A DNA stretch of 64,000 bases, taken from Eledone cirrhosa. Its lineage: Eukaryota. Below, one piece after another: positions 1 to 13,654 of this stretch; the first letter of the stretch is position 1, and every line of letters begins with the position of its first letter. Below the pieces are notes generated by a model. It saw only the letters and a list, made by a program, of their open reading frames with translations, was not told where the DNA came from and searched no databases. The DNA lies in NCBI GenBank assembly GCA_964016885.1, contig OZ024742.1:249488001-249552000 (forward strand). Reading direction: 5' to 3'. A program made the position numbers and the translations under genes.

Positions 1-33
1 TGTGTATATATATATATATATATGTGTATGTGC

Positions 34-65
<32 letters not shown>

Positions 66-195
66 CTGTGTGTGTGTAATTAGAATTTTATTTCTCACCC
101 TCGCACAGCTGATACATAAATGTATGTACACGTAAACACACACATATATATATAATATCCCCCCAACACATATATATATATAATACCCCCCCCCC

Positions 196-249
<54 letters not shown>

Positions 250-250
<1 letters not shown>

Positions 251-432
251 CAGGAGCCCTACAACCCCAATATCTACTACACCCCCAAAATTCACAAACT
301 GGACACCCCATGTTTCTGGGTCATTACCCTTCATCAGGACTGCATACCTCTGCCAGTCTGTTAAACGAATCGAACGTTATTATTAATATTCGATATAACC
401 CATGCGTAGCTATGTATATGTATAAGTGTCTA
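250..432 (+). mobile_element. PLE fragment (RT 'YYTPKIHKLDTP' fused to an antisense HHR-bearing pseudo-LTR piece); inverted copy of 6160-6465
   Basis: Reverse complement of 6160-6305 plus 6438-6464. Encodes the PKIHK RT motif and carries the HHR core in antisense (gtttctgggtcattacccttcatcag, 312-337). Flanked by (TA)n on both sides. Confidence 0.8.
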
Positions 433-466
433 TATGTATGTATGTATATATGTGTATGTATGTATA

Positions 467-522
<56 letters not shown>

Positions 523-526
<4 letters not shown>

Positions 527-1550
527 ACATCTCCGTCGCCTTCGACCCCTCCCACCACTCACTCGTCACCTCCGCCTTCTTCAAACCCACCGACTCCCAC
601 TCGTACCTCGACTTCACCTCTTCCCACCCCACACACACTAAACACTCTATTCCCTACTCCCAACTCCTCAGGATCCGCCGCCTCTGTAGCCGAGATGCTG
701 ACTTCGAGTCCCAGGCCCTTTCCCTAGTCAGCCATTTCATCCGCAGAGGTTACCCCCCTCTCTCGTCCACACCGCTCTCACCCGCGCCCGTGCTGTCCAC
801 CGCTCCACCACCCTCACCCCACCCCACGCCACCGCACACCCACCCACCGTCTCCCCTTCCCCATCACCTACCACCCCTCCACCTTACCCCTCCACCGCAC
901 CATCTTCCGCCTCTTCCGACGCCTCCAGTTCGACCCCTCCACCTGCCACATGTTCCCAACCCCACCTTACCCCTCCACCGCACCATCCGCCGCCTCTTCC
1001 GACGCCTCCAGTTCGACCCCTCCACCTCCCACATCTTCCCAACCCCACCACTCCCCTCCTTCAAAAGCGCACGCAATCTCCGCACCCTCCTCGTCCACAG
1101 CTTTCTACCCCCAACCCACGCTCCCCCCCCCGGTTCCTTTCCCTGTTCTAGGCCCCGCTGCAACACCTGTCCCCACATCACCAACACCACCACCTTCCAG
1201 GGTCCCAACGGCCACTCTCTCTCTGTCCGGCATGCCTTCCGCTGCACCTCCTCCAACTTAGTCTACGGACTTCGCTGCACGGAGTGCAGCGCGACTTACG
1301 TCGGACAGACGGGACGTCGCCTGGCGGACCGATTCACTGAGCACCTCCGGGATATTCGTCTCGGTGGTAGTCCCCTATCGCCCGTCACTTTGGTGCCCCT
1401 GGACATTCCGCACGCCATCTCAAAGTATGTGGCATACTCCAATGCCACGGAACACCCGCCAATCTCCTCAGAGTCGAACAAAGAACCATCTTCATCTTAC
1501 AGACCCACACTCCCCTCGGCCTGAACTCCCCACCCTTATTCCTTTAGCCT
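523..1550 (+). pseudogene. 5'-truncated PLE (Neptune-like): RT C-terminus/thumb, Cys linker and GIY-YIG endonuclease, frameshifted
   Basis: DISV...KPTDSHSYLDFTSSHP...SIPYSQLLRIRRLCS (PLE RT C-terminus); CSRPRCNTCPHI...FRCTSSNLVYGLRCTECSATYVGQTGRRLADRFTEH (linker and GIY-YIG); a shifted frame continues SPIARHF...EQRTIFILQTHTPLGLN. Frameshifts near 755 and 1367. The N-terminus of the 404-aa ORF in the track is microsatellite. Confidence 0.9.
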
Positions 1551-3125
1551 TCGACCGCCCCCTCCCTCCACACATATCCCTCATTAACACTACTAACACA
1601 CCCCTCCTTTTCACCGCCCACCCCACAACTAACAATACTAACACCTCCACTCCACCCCTCATCCGACCATCCTTCCCCAACTAACATACTAACATCCCTC
1701 CCTTCTTCTTCCCCCCTCCTTATCACATGCACACACCCACCGGCACATATATAAACGCGCTCACACTAAACACACACCCTACTACCACCACTAACCCTCA
1801 CCCCCACACCTCCATCCCACCATCCCGCAACTAACATCACTAACACCCCCTGACCCCAAGCACACGAACATACGCACCCACTTACACCACCCACCCACAC
1901 GCAACTAACATCACTAACACCCACAACCCCACGAACACGTACCCACACACCCTCGTACACCACCAACTCTACACACCCTACCACCACTAACCCCCACTCA
2001 CACCTGCATTCAACCCTTTCTCCACCTCCCGTATACTAACACCCACTAACACCGCCTTCATCAAACTACACACACACCAGTACACCACACTCCCTCCATC
2101 GACCCCACACCCTTCTCTCCCCGCTCCACCCACACCCTTTCTCCACACTCACTCATCCCACTAACACCTCTACTAATACACACACACACTCTCCTCACTC
2201 CAACTTTCACACCTACCCATCCACGCCCCTTTACCATTCCACCCGACTGCTGTTATGCCTTCTGACCACCTCCCAGCACAAACAGACACACAGCACTCCC
2301 ACCGCCTTGACCACTTCCTGTTGCGCGCGGACCCCACATCTCTCCTCTTCCGACCATCTCTTCATGGAATACTCGTATGTGGAACTTGACCACCGTGGAA
2401 TCTACTACCATCATAGGAGTTTACCAACATTTCAACCACATCCTCTTACGGAATCACCTATATAACTCACCCAAACACACACCCCAAATATTTTTTTTTG
2501 TCCCACACGCCACCTACACCCACAACACACCTAAACCCCACACACACGTGCTTTCCACCACATATTTACACCTTCAGCCTCCGGATTCCTCTCCCTACAC
2601 CCCTCTATCCACACACACACACACACTCCGACCTACACCCCACCTCACACACACTTCTTCCTGAACATGCAACCCCGTTCTTCCCCAACCCTTGCTTTCA
2701 CATACACACACACACACACCACCTTCAGCCCTCCCCGCTCGGACACCCCGTCTCCCTCTTCCCACTCCACCCGCCACCACCCCTACACACCCCACACCCT
2801 TCCACCACCTGTTTTACCCCTTTTTAATTTCAGTTTATTTTGATCATGCTTTTATATTTATTTTTATTTCATTTCATTTTATTTTGATCATGCTTTATTT
2901 TTATTTTTATTTTTAATTTCATTCGCACCGTTTCCTCCCACCCACTTTTCGCTATATGTCTCTCCACCACTCCCTTACACACCCTTTGAACTCTCTTCCC
3001 ACACACTTCTCACCTGAGGAAGGGCTTATGCCCGAAACATCGTTCCCCACCACCACCCCACTCTCCGTGAAATTAATAAACATTCGTTGTACTGCCTCTC
3101 TGTTTTGTTCCTGTTCAAATTTTCC

Positions 3126-3126
<1 letters not shown>
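1550..3126 (+). mobile_element. C/A-rich 3' region and pseudo-LTR of the Neptune-like PLE
   Basis: Contiguous with the ORF, strongly C-rich on +, ends in an HHR motif followed by aataaa (3075-3080) and then (TA)n. Confidence 0.7.
3011..3046 (+). ncRNA. Hammerhead ribozyme motif (PLE pseudo-LTR)
   Basis: CTGAGGA (3014) a-gggc-ttat-gccc GAAAC (3034) atc GTT. Stem II is perfect, stem I is weak. Confidence 0.7.
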
Positions 3127-3179
<53 letters not shown>

Positions 3180-3218
3180 TACATATATATATATATATAC
3201 ATATATACATATAAATGC

Positions 3219-3329
<111 letters not shown>

Positions 3330-3541
3330 TATTAGGCGTCAGTCATCTTACCATCCCATTCCTTCTAACTAGCCTCTGTGTCACGTGATTGATTCTTTAG
3401 AATCGGCCATTTGACTTGAAGCAGTGAGAATTTCGGTACATAGAATCCAGTCCTCGCAAGCTGTTCGACCTACCGAATTATTATTATTTTTATATGAGCC
3501 GCCAGTGTCCGCGCATTACCTGGAGACTTAACTGAGAATAG

Positions 3542-3623
3542 AGTCCCTGATGACGCAATGAATTCTCGACAGTTGGATTACGTAACTGTCTTTATCCCAT
3601 TGCAGAAACTAATTAGTTGGAGT
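3542..3623 (+). ncRNA. Type I hammerhead ribozyme, copy 1
   Basis: tcc-CTGATGA (3547)-c-gcaatg...cattgc-a-GAAAC (3605)-taatta-GTT-gga. One stem I mismatch relative to copy 2. Confidence 0.8.
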
Positions 3624-4102
3624 GAAAATTTAAGTAAGTAAAAAATTAAAAAAATTTTTTTTTTTTTTTTAAATATTTTCTTATTTTACGTCTTTTATAT
3701 TATTGTTCTGCATTCTCCTGCATTGAACCACCTAGGTACTATGACATAACCTGTGTATTTGCTAGCATGGGCGTGCATCTGTGCGCTTATGTTAGTTGAT
3801 ATATTAAATTATCTATATTTATCTCCAAATCACTGATTTGTCGAGCAAACTTGCCAAAACCACTTCTAAAAAAACTTTTTTTTGGGGTGTTAGTAGGCGT
3901 CAGTCATCTTACCATCCCATTCCTTCTAACTAGCCTCTGTGTCACGTGATTGATTCTTTAGAATCGGCCATTTGACTTGAAGCAGTGAGAATTTCGGTAC
4001 ATAGAATCCAGTCCTCGCAAGCTGTTCGATCTACCGAATTATTATTATTTTTATATTAGCCGCCAGTGTCCGCGCATTGCCTGGAGACTTAACTGAGAAT
4101 AG

Positions 4103-4184
4103 ACTCCCTGATGACGCAATGAATTCTCGACAGTTGGATTACGTAACTGTCTTTATCCCATTGCAGAAACTAATTAGTTGGAGT
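4103..4184 (+). ncRNA. Type I hammerhead ribozyme, copy 2
   Basis: actcc-CTGATGA-c-gcaatg[gacagtt..aactgtc]cattgc-a-GAAAC-taatta-GTT-ggagt. Stem I actcc/ggagt is perfect and loop III is palindromic. Confidence 0.85.
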
Positions 4185-4271
4185 GAAAATTTAAGTAAGT
4201 AAAAAATTAAAAAAAAATTTTTTTTTAAAAATATTTTCTTATTTTACGTCTTTTATATATATATATCTATA

Positions 4272-4305
<34 letters not shown>

Positions 4306-4306
<1 letters not shown>

Positions 4307-5012
4307 GGGGTAACAAATAATAGTTAAATGCAGTCCACTTAGGTAAAGTACAGTTATGGTATTCCAGGTAGTGGATGATATTAACGCTTGGCTTGGTTTG
4401 ACTCAACAAGGCGTTTTCATAGTGATGCTGCGGGTATGCCGTAATTCCTATGTTGTAAACACTTGGAGTAATAATAAATCAGGAAAGAAGGTTGACATGG
4501 TTTGCTATACAAAAAAGGTTTTTAATCTCATAGCTGACAATTGTTTCTCTGAACTGGTAGGTCTAGAGATCGCTATTCGCTTATTTTCACGTTACTCGAT
4601 CGACAATACAAAATTATAACCAGTCAGATCTTCGGAGCATGCGAGAATGAAGAAAATACACAGGCAAGAAAAGAATATACAGGCTACTATATGAAGTAGT
4701 AATGGCATTCAATTAGAACAATAACAACAATTACAACAATGCTATTAATAAATTATTTGAGGAGACCCTGACATTACTTAGGTGGGGGGTATAATGTATG
4801 TAACGTTACGGCGTGTAAAACTAGCTGTCATGAGGCAAAAGTAAGAGTTTGGCATGTACAGAGTATCGAAGTGTGTATCAATTTTAAATTATAAAGATAA
4901 GCCAGTGTTTACAGTCTTTCTTTTCATCTTCAATAGAATACATGAGTGGAACAACACTGGCAAAGCTAAATAGTTGTTGAGTTAATACAGAGGTTAACGA
5001 AGTAATATACGC

Positions 5013-5054
<42 letters not shown>

Positions 5055-5071
5055 ACACACACACACACATA

Positions 5072-5143
<72 letters not shown>

Positions 5144-6038
5144 CACATGCATGTGTACATAGACACATACATACACATCAATATACACTCGTACAAAAAT
5201 ATACATACATTCAAAGAGATAAGCGTGCTAATTGTAATTATTGCAAAAGGAAGGTAAAGTTACATTGTAGTAGTGATTTGAGAAAAACTAGGATTTAGGA
5301 TCAAATGATGGCAGCAGCTGAGAAGGAATAAGTTTGTGGGTAGATGAGGTACTTACAGACATTTGTGTGGTATTATAGACTTGTGAAGGATATAGTATAC
5401 TTAATGAATATATTTCTGTGGGTAGTAGGTATCCTAATTTAAAGCTATGTTGTGTTGGTTCGATTCACGGAGGTTTGAATCTTATGAATTTAGTGGCAAT
5501 TCTATGTCTGCAGAAGATAGATCTTTCTAACTTATTGTTAAGTAGCCTTTTTACATTTTTGACGATATACAATAGCTCAAGATCACATAGCCCGCAGTGG
5601 GACATCCCTGTACTATAGGTTTTAGCAGCCGACAACTTCGACCAGTTGATACTGTAGTTAGTGCTGCTGTCCTTCAGTTCCCATATTTTTTTTTTTTTTT
5701 TTTTTTTTTTTGGCGAGGGTTATGGAACCCATAAGTGCACGGTTTTTCATTGAGTGTCTGTGCACATACCATCTTTTTTTAAAAGAACCCGCGGTGGATC
5801 CTATGTAATTCCAGGTGGAGTTACCCGAGATGACCGTGCACATGTACACTAGGCTCGAATCGAGACATCTGTTCGCCAATGGGCACCTATTTGACTGGTT
5901 ATAATTTTGTATTGGCGATCGAGTAACATGAAAATAAGCGAATAGCGATCTCTAGACCTACCAGTTCAGAGAAACAATTGTCAGCTATGAGATTAAAAAC
6001 CTTTTTTGTATAGCAAACCATGTCAACCTTCTTTCCTG

Positions 6039-6042
<4 letters not shown>
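4306..6042 (-). mobile_element. 5'-truncated PLE (Nematis-like GIY-YIG end) with inverted pseudo-LTR
   Basis: Minus-strand RCLDSSLVYMCTVI...YIGSTAGSFKKRWYVHRHS (5658-5879), then LLNNKLERSIFCRHR, resembling the element at 51.8-53.7 kb. 4476-4626 and 5892-6042 are inverted repeats. Confidence 0.85.
4529..4641 (-). ncRNA. Hammerhead motif with long stem II loop (core variant CCGAAGA)
   Basis: Minus strand: catgct-CCGAAGA-tctgactgg...ccagttcaga-GAAAC-aatt-GTC-agctatg. The 3' half is mirrored at 5960-5990. Confidence 0.7.
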
Positions 6043-6127
<85 letters not shown>

Positions 6128-6159
6128 CATACACATATATACATATATGCATATATACA

Positions 6160-6268
6160 TATACATAGCTACGCATGGGTTATATCGAATATTAATAATA
6201 ATGTTCGATTCGTTTAACAGACTGGCAGAGGTATGCAGTCCTGATGAAGGGTAATGACCCAGAAACAT
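6160..6268 (+). ncRNA. Pseudo-LTR piece with 3'-truncated hammerhead
   Basis: CTGATGA (6241) a-ggg-taatga-ccc-a GAAAC, then an abrupt junction to antisense RT sequence. Similar to the complete motif at 33405-33450. Confidence 0.7.
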
Positions 6269-7010
6269 GGGGTGTCCAGTTTGTGAATTTTGGGGGTGTA
6301 GTAGATGGTGGAAGCGCGTCGTGTGCTCACGATGAGGTTGGTGATAGTTGGGTATAGTATTGAGGGTTGCCGAGTTGTTGTACGGTGAAGGACCAGTGTT
6401 GCTGGTATAAAGGAGTGGTAGCTGAGAGCCGGAGGCGGTAGATATTGGGGTTGTAGGGCTCCTGTAATGTATCTGTCTTGTAGAAGTAGGCATGCTGCAC
6501 AACAACAATGTCATCTCCTTGTCTGCCAGTGGTGTGACGATGTTGTCACGGCTTTGAAAGGAACGGAGGGTGGCGGTTGTGGTTGGGGCATATTGCTCTG
6601 CTAGGAGTTTTAAGGAAGTTTAAGCAATTCATATCGCCAAGGCAGGCATCAATGAATGTGTTCAGGGTGCTGATGTCCAATGGGATGTTAGGAAAAAGTA
6701 TGTGGTTCAGGTAGTTCATGAAGAGAATGATTGTATTTGCGTGGAAAGTGTGACTGGTAGAACGGAGGAGAAGAAATATCTGGAGGAGGTCACGCTGGAT
6801 GGTGCAGATCTCGGAGAGAGCATATTGGAGCGTGGCCTGTATGAGAAGACTAGATGAAGAGGTGAAGTTGGACTTGATGCAAGAGGACGTATAGGTTGTG
6901 GTGTGAAAGTGAAGCAGAATATCTAGGGGAATGAGAGGAAGATTAAGGCAGTGGCTGAGGAAAGTAACGTGGCTAGAACGACGGATTTTTGCGAAAACAA
7001 GATACAAAGG
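6269..7010 (-). pseudogene. Decayed N-terminal part of a Neptune-like PLE ORF
   Basis: KIRRSSHVTFLSHCLNLPLIP (PLE N-terminus), RDNIVTPLADK (ADKG-like) and PKIHKLDTP motifs in order on the minus strand, with deletions. Confidence 0.7.
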
Positions 7011-7618
7011 TCGGAGAGCGGGTTGGATACAGAAGGAAGGAAGCGAGGAACGGTTTTTAGCCGGAGTGGTGGAGGAAGGCTTTATGGTTGGTCATGGTGG
7101 GAGAGTCAGCACACAGGAGCAGGAGAAGAGAAAGGAAGGGGAGAGCAGCCTGGAGAGAGAGAAGAGTGAGAAAAGAGATAGAGAGGAGAAATTAGAGATG
7201 AAAACGGGGCGGGGAAGGGTGTGTGTCTGTATGTCCATTTGATTCGGTCGTGGTCTTGGCTCGCCTCTCGTCATCAAAAGTAATCTTAATCAAATAAATA
7301 GATACATGGATATATATAGCTAACTACCTAACGACTTTCTCTCATTCCAGCTTGATTTTTAGGGGGCGCGGTGTCCTTACTGGACCTTTTTCTGTTTCTT
7401 CATTGCGATCCTCTCTCTATTTTGTACTCCCAACACGTCGAACTTTCTTTCCTCTGTCCAATATAAAGCGTGAAACTAATAAGACTTGTTGTCCCTCTGT
7501 TTGTTGTCTCCTTGAACTGTATATACATACATATTTATATAGACATATAGATAGATAGATAGATAATGGTAATATATATATATATACAATACGCAAAAGT
7601 ACACACACACACACACAC

Positions 7619-7715
<97 letters not shown>

Positions 7716-8289
7716 CGAATAGATACATAGTAATTGGAGGGATGTAGGGGTGGGAGCGACGAGGGATGTAGTGAGATATATTGGGAGAGGTAGGTGGTGA
7801 CTTATTGAAAGTGTGTTGACTTATTGAAAGTAGATAAAGGTGTGTCTTGGACACTGGAACCAATAATTTGTAAGATAATACGTTGCTCAAGGAAATGGTA
7901 CTGGGTTGTTGAGTTGAACAGAGCAATGCTGTTTCATACCAAAGCTGCTTCTCTCTCATGACTGATTCTAACAAATAATACAAACATAAATATAAATGTA
8001 TATATACACACACGCACTCACACACACACACATACACACGCGCGCGCGCATACACACGCACACACACACATTTTCACAAAGAACAACATACATACTAAGA
8101 AGCACGAATTATCGTTTCATTTTTTAATAAGTATTTTTATTATTATTTTATTATTCTTGTCAATAATATTTATATTGTTATCATTACTAGTAATATTATT
8201 CTAATTCACTTTTTTTCTCATAGTTAAAAGTTTTAGTTGGTATATATTTTCTCAAAGTAAATAAACCGCTTAAGACATAAAATCTAACA

Positions 8290-9720
8290 ACAATATTTCG
8301 AAAAGCAAATTCAACAACAATAACATTTACAACATTTATATTAACTACAACATTTATAATAAATATATCATCTACAAAAATATTTCCAGCTACAACAATA
8401 TTTGCAACAATTAAAAGAATAACAACAACAATTACAATAAATATAGTAACAAAAACAATTATTGCAAGAGCTATTACAACAGCTCGAACAATATTAGCAA
8501 CAACATCATTTATAACTACAACTACTACTAGAATTACTGCAACAACAAATGGAAAACAACTACTACTTTACTGCAGCAGAAATTATATCATTTACAACAA
8601 CAAATGCAAAAACTACAGAAACGTGAAGAGCAACACTCACAAAAATATTTACTAGAAAATGTATAGCAAACAATTTCTACTATAACCACAACATCGGTAG
8701 AGGCTCGGACGCCATGCTTTGAAGCATAGAGTTCTTTCCCTGTATGATCTGAGTTCAAATCCCACCGAGGTTAACTTTGCCTTTCATCCTTACGGGGTCG
8801 AAAGTACCAGTAATGCACTGGCTAATTGCTGCCTTTGTGCCAAAAAGTAGAAACAATTATATAAGGTGGATTGGCAGCATTGGTAGAGGGTCAGACGCCA
8901 TGCTTTGCAGCATAGAGTTACGGCCCTTACCATTCTGAATTCAAATCCCGCCGAGGTTAACTTTACCTTTCATCCTTACGAGGTCGATAAAATAAAGTAC
9001 CAGTCATGCACTGGGTTATTGCTGGCCTTGTGCCAAATGTAGAAACAATTATATAAAACAACTACAAAAACTATAACAACTACAGCCAATACAACAAGAA
9101 GAACAGTCACAACTAAAACAAAAACCACACCAACAACAAGAACAAAAAAAGAACAACCACGGAGAGAACTATAACCATTACAAGAACAACTACACCACGA
9201 CTACAACCAACACAACTACAACAATAACAACAGTAACACCATTCACAACAACTACACCACGACCACCAACAGTAACAACAACAATAACAACAATAATAAC
9301 AACAACAACAACGTTCACAACAACCACACCAGCATCAACAACAACAACAACTACAACAACTACAACAATAACAACATCACAACAACTAAACCACCACCAC
9401 CACCAACAACAACAGCAACAACAACAACAACTACAACAACTACAACATCACAACAACTAAACCACTACCACCACCAACAACAACAACAATAACAACTACA
9501 ACTATAACAACATTCACAACAACTACACCACCACCACCAACAACAACAACAACTACACCACCACTACCACCACCAACAACAACAACAACAACTACACCAC
9601 CACCACAACCACCACCACCACCAACAACAACAACTACAACAAGAACAACATACACAAATATAACAACAAGCACGTCGAAATTACAACATGGCCGTCATTC
9701 ACAAAAACTATAAAAACAAA
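8290..9720. repeat. Degenerate (AAC/ACC)n low-complexity region
   Basis: Runs of aacaac/accacc, with SINEs inserted at 8691-9053. Confidence 0.9.
8691..9053 (+). mobile_element. Two tandem tRNA-derived SINEs (family A, Octopus-type)
   Basis: A-box tggcagcattgg (second copy), B-box gttcaaatcc, body gaggttaactttgcctttcatccttacggggtcga, tail gccttgtgccaaa..gtagaaacaatt. Confidence 0.9.
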
Positions 9721-9876
9721 TCATAAAACATTAACATAACAGTTGAAACATAAACAACAACAAACATACGTGTTGGCGTTTGTAAACTAAAGATCCAGAT
9801 GGTTCTATTGAATAGGAGGTCAGTAAGTGGAGTGAGGATATTAGGTGACACTTATTACTAATGATATTTAATACAT

Positions 9877-10882
<1,006 letters not shown>

Positions 10883-11244
10883 GTATGAGTGTGGGGGGTG
10901 TATGTGTGTGCGTGCTTTTGTGTATGTGTTTTCATTTATTATTTCATGTCACATCAAATATCTCTACTTCTCTTCCTGAATAATAAGGAAGGCCGGCTTA
11001 ATAGTCTAATAGGTCGCATTCATTGCATATTAATGCATATATATATATACATATATATATACGGGTTTCTGTGTGTGTGTGTATGTGTATGTGTGTGCGC
11101 GTGTTTGTATTCCTGTGTGTGTTTGAGTATATAAATGCGTGTCGTCCGCCAGACTGACTAAATATTATATACCTCAGCTTGTGAGGTACAATTCTATAAA
11201 TACTCATACGCAAATACACACACGGACTCACACAGATATGTATG

Positions 11245-11337
<93 letters not shown>

Positions 11338-11344
11338 TTATATA

Positions 11345-11512
11345 ACAAGGAAGGTGTGGTAAGATACCAGGTGGACCATAACTTACCAGAGTACTCAATA
11401 CTTAGAGTTGTAGAGTGGGTAATACCGAAAAGAGCCAGGAGCCCGACAGCTAAGCTCCGGCCGTTTCGACAGCTAGATCCGAGATCAGTTTGGATCTAGC
11501 TATCGAAAGTAA
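11345..11512 (-). mobile_element. Pseudo-LTR-like fragment with terminal hairpin and HHR half (family shared with 20215-20412 and 34075-34200)
   Basis: Homologous to the reverse complement of 20285-20412. Minus strand GAAAC-ggc-cggagctta-gct-GTC; hairpin at 11464-11509. Confidence 0.65.
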
Positions 11513-11709
11513 TTTTTATATATATATATTCCATACGTCTAAAAATATACGAAAAAGAAGTTGGAAGAGAAATTGAAGTGATTGTGAAGGTTTATTTCCA
11601 ATCTATCAGTGTTGCAAGTTTCATGATTTTCAAAGGTTAAGAAATGGCGAGTTCTATGGTTTTCCCGATTTGTAACTCACATCTAACTGATGTTCGGAAT
11701 TCATATAAA

Positions 11710-12037
11710 TAATTGTTTCTACATTTGGCACAAGGCCATCAATTACCTAGTACATTACTGGTACTTTATTTTATCGACCCCGTAATTATGAAAGGCAAAG
11801 TTAACCTCGGCGGGATTTGAACTCAGACCGTAAAGGAATTTATGTAAATAATTGTTTCTACTTTTGGCACAAGGCCATCAATTACACAGTACATTACTGG
11901 TACTTTATTTTATCGACCCCGTAAGGATGAAAGGCAAAGTTAACCTCGGCGGGATTTGAACTCAGACCGCAAAGGGACGTAACTATGCTGGAAAGCATGG
12001 CATCCGACTCTCTACCGATACTGCCAATCCACCGCCC
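11710..12037 (-). mobile_element. Two family-A SINEs (one 5'-truncated, one full length with TSD-like gaatttatgtaaa)
   Basis: Reverse complement of the family consensus; gaatttatgtaaa at 11837 and 12041. Confidence 0.9.
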
Positions 12038-12405
12038 TTGAATTTATGTAAATAATGTAGCTTAGATTGCTATGTTTGAAGTGCCATTTGATAGGTTATG
12101 GAAGATCATGTGATTAGTCTTCGAAATTTGTGATAATTTCGCAACAAAAAGCGGGAATGTCATGGTTTATATGCTGAGAACGATCCCGTGATTAGACACA
12201 AAATTTCGTGGTACTTTCGCGCCAAAAATCAGGAGAGTCGTATTTTATTGAAATACAAAGACATATTTTATTGAAACACAAAGACATAATCTATTGAAAC
12301 TATCATGTATATAATCTCTACTTTTGTCTCAAATTATGAAACTCAGAATAAAAGACTCCAAGAACTAAAAGAAATTCTGCTCGAAAGACAGTATCCATCA
12401 TTATT

Positions 12406-12592
12406 ATGGATTGGCAGTATCGGTAGAACACCAGACACCATGCTTTGCAGCATAGAGTTATGATCCTTTACGTTCTGAGTTCAAATCCCACCGTGGTTAA
12501 CTCTGCCTTTCATCCTTACGGGTTCGATAAAATAAAGTACCAGTAATATACTAGGTATTTCCTGGCCTTGAGCCAAAAGTAGAAACAATTAT
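12406..12592 (+). mobile_element. Family-A SINE
   Basis: Matches the family consensus; inserted into the PLE remnant. Confidence 0.9.
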
Positions 12593-12879
12593 TGATAGAC
12601 AATGGAATAGAACGCGCTAAAGCAATAGACATTCAAGAATTACGAAAAATAAAAACAACTTCAAATATATTCAACAATCTTCCTATATCTCAACCTACAA
12701 TCCAAGAAATTTAACTTTATCTACAAGAACATCACACTATTAAGACCGAAGAATGAATATAGTACTCGAAACATATGAAATAATCAAATACAAAAGACAA
12801 TAGAAATCGATTAAAATACTACTTACCAGCGGTAAATTACAGACCAACAATATAACAACAACAGTCAAAATGTGTTGTA

Positions 12880-13062
12880 GCCCTTGGCTCTTCCAGCGCA
12901 TCTCCCTTACCATCCTCCGGGGAAACGCCTTCTCTATTATGTGGGGCGGCCAGCACGTGGGATCCCATTTGGTCACTGTACAGAGAGATTGGGAAGGCAA
13001 TAGAGATGCGGGAGTTGACAGTGGGAGTTCGGCTATTCTGTGCTCGGATATATTGCACCTGT
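12880..13062 (-). mobile_element. CRE-like non-LTR retrotransposon 3' remnant, homologous to 45600-45935 (coding sense lies on +)
   Basis: WLFQRISLTILRGNAFSI is encoded on the + strand at about 12885-12940 and is near-identical to the reverse complement of 45698-45752. Confidence 0.6.
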
Positions 13063-13654
13063 CAAGTGTGTATGTTTGTGAATGTCTGTCTGTGTGTGTG
13101 TGTGTGTGTGTATGTATGTCTGTATATGTAGGTTATTGACCTTAAAGCTGTTATTCTGTTTCTGGTGTTACGATATACATGATATCATTTGTATTTCTGT
13201 ATTGTGTTGATCATTGTCTAAAAATAGCATAGCCATACCTTTGTAGAACATGCATCAACCTAAAGCAAAACACATTTAAAAAAGGACAAACATATATATA
13301 TTTTTTTTAATTGCCAGTAAAACATGCCAGTAAATGTAAAGAGCGTAACGAAATCGATATGGAGCAAACCAAAATCACCCTTAGAAACAGAATGAAAATT
13401 CGCCGTCTCAATTACGTGACACCACCACAAGACAGATGTCACATAGGGAACATTTAGATTTGTGTGTTGCGAACAAGTCCTCCAAATTCCAGGTTTTCCC
13501 GATCTACCGCTGTCCAAATAACGGCATAGATCAAACACGAATGAAACAGGGAAATATATTTATTCAAAAACCACAAAGCACGTCTGAATAAACTCTAAAT
13601 AGCCACACACACGCACACGCAACATTTTCACCTAACTAATGGCATTTTTCTCAT

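Larger units (their letters stand above)
3332..4257 (+). mobile_element. ORF-less partial tandem element (~365 bp direct repeats, 562 bp period), one HHR per repeat
   Basis: aggcgtcagtcatc starts at 3334 and 3896; copies near-identical through attttacgtcttttatat; bounded by (TA)n. Confidence 0.85.
12290..13600 (+). pseudogene. Highly decayed PLE thumb/GIY-YIG remnant interrupted by a SINE and a CRE-like fragment
   Basis: RLQELKEILLERQYPS [SINE] IDNGIERAKAI...STYNPRN, and near 13335-13400 CKERNEIDMEQTKITLRNRM, resembling C..C...YIGQT...LR.R. Confidence 0.55.

Noticed and set aside
7730-7975. Possible further PLE 3' remnant
   Set aside because: Too decayed; no diagnostic motif could be read with confidence.
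9060-9720. Mucin-like Thr-rich coding sequence (also 61250-62490)
   Set aside because: Low-complexity AAC/ACC repeats with stops and no splice or domain support.
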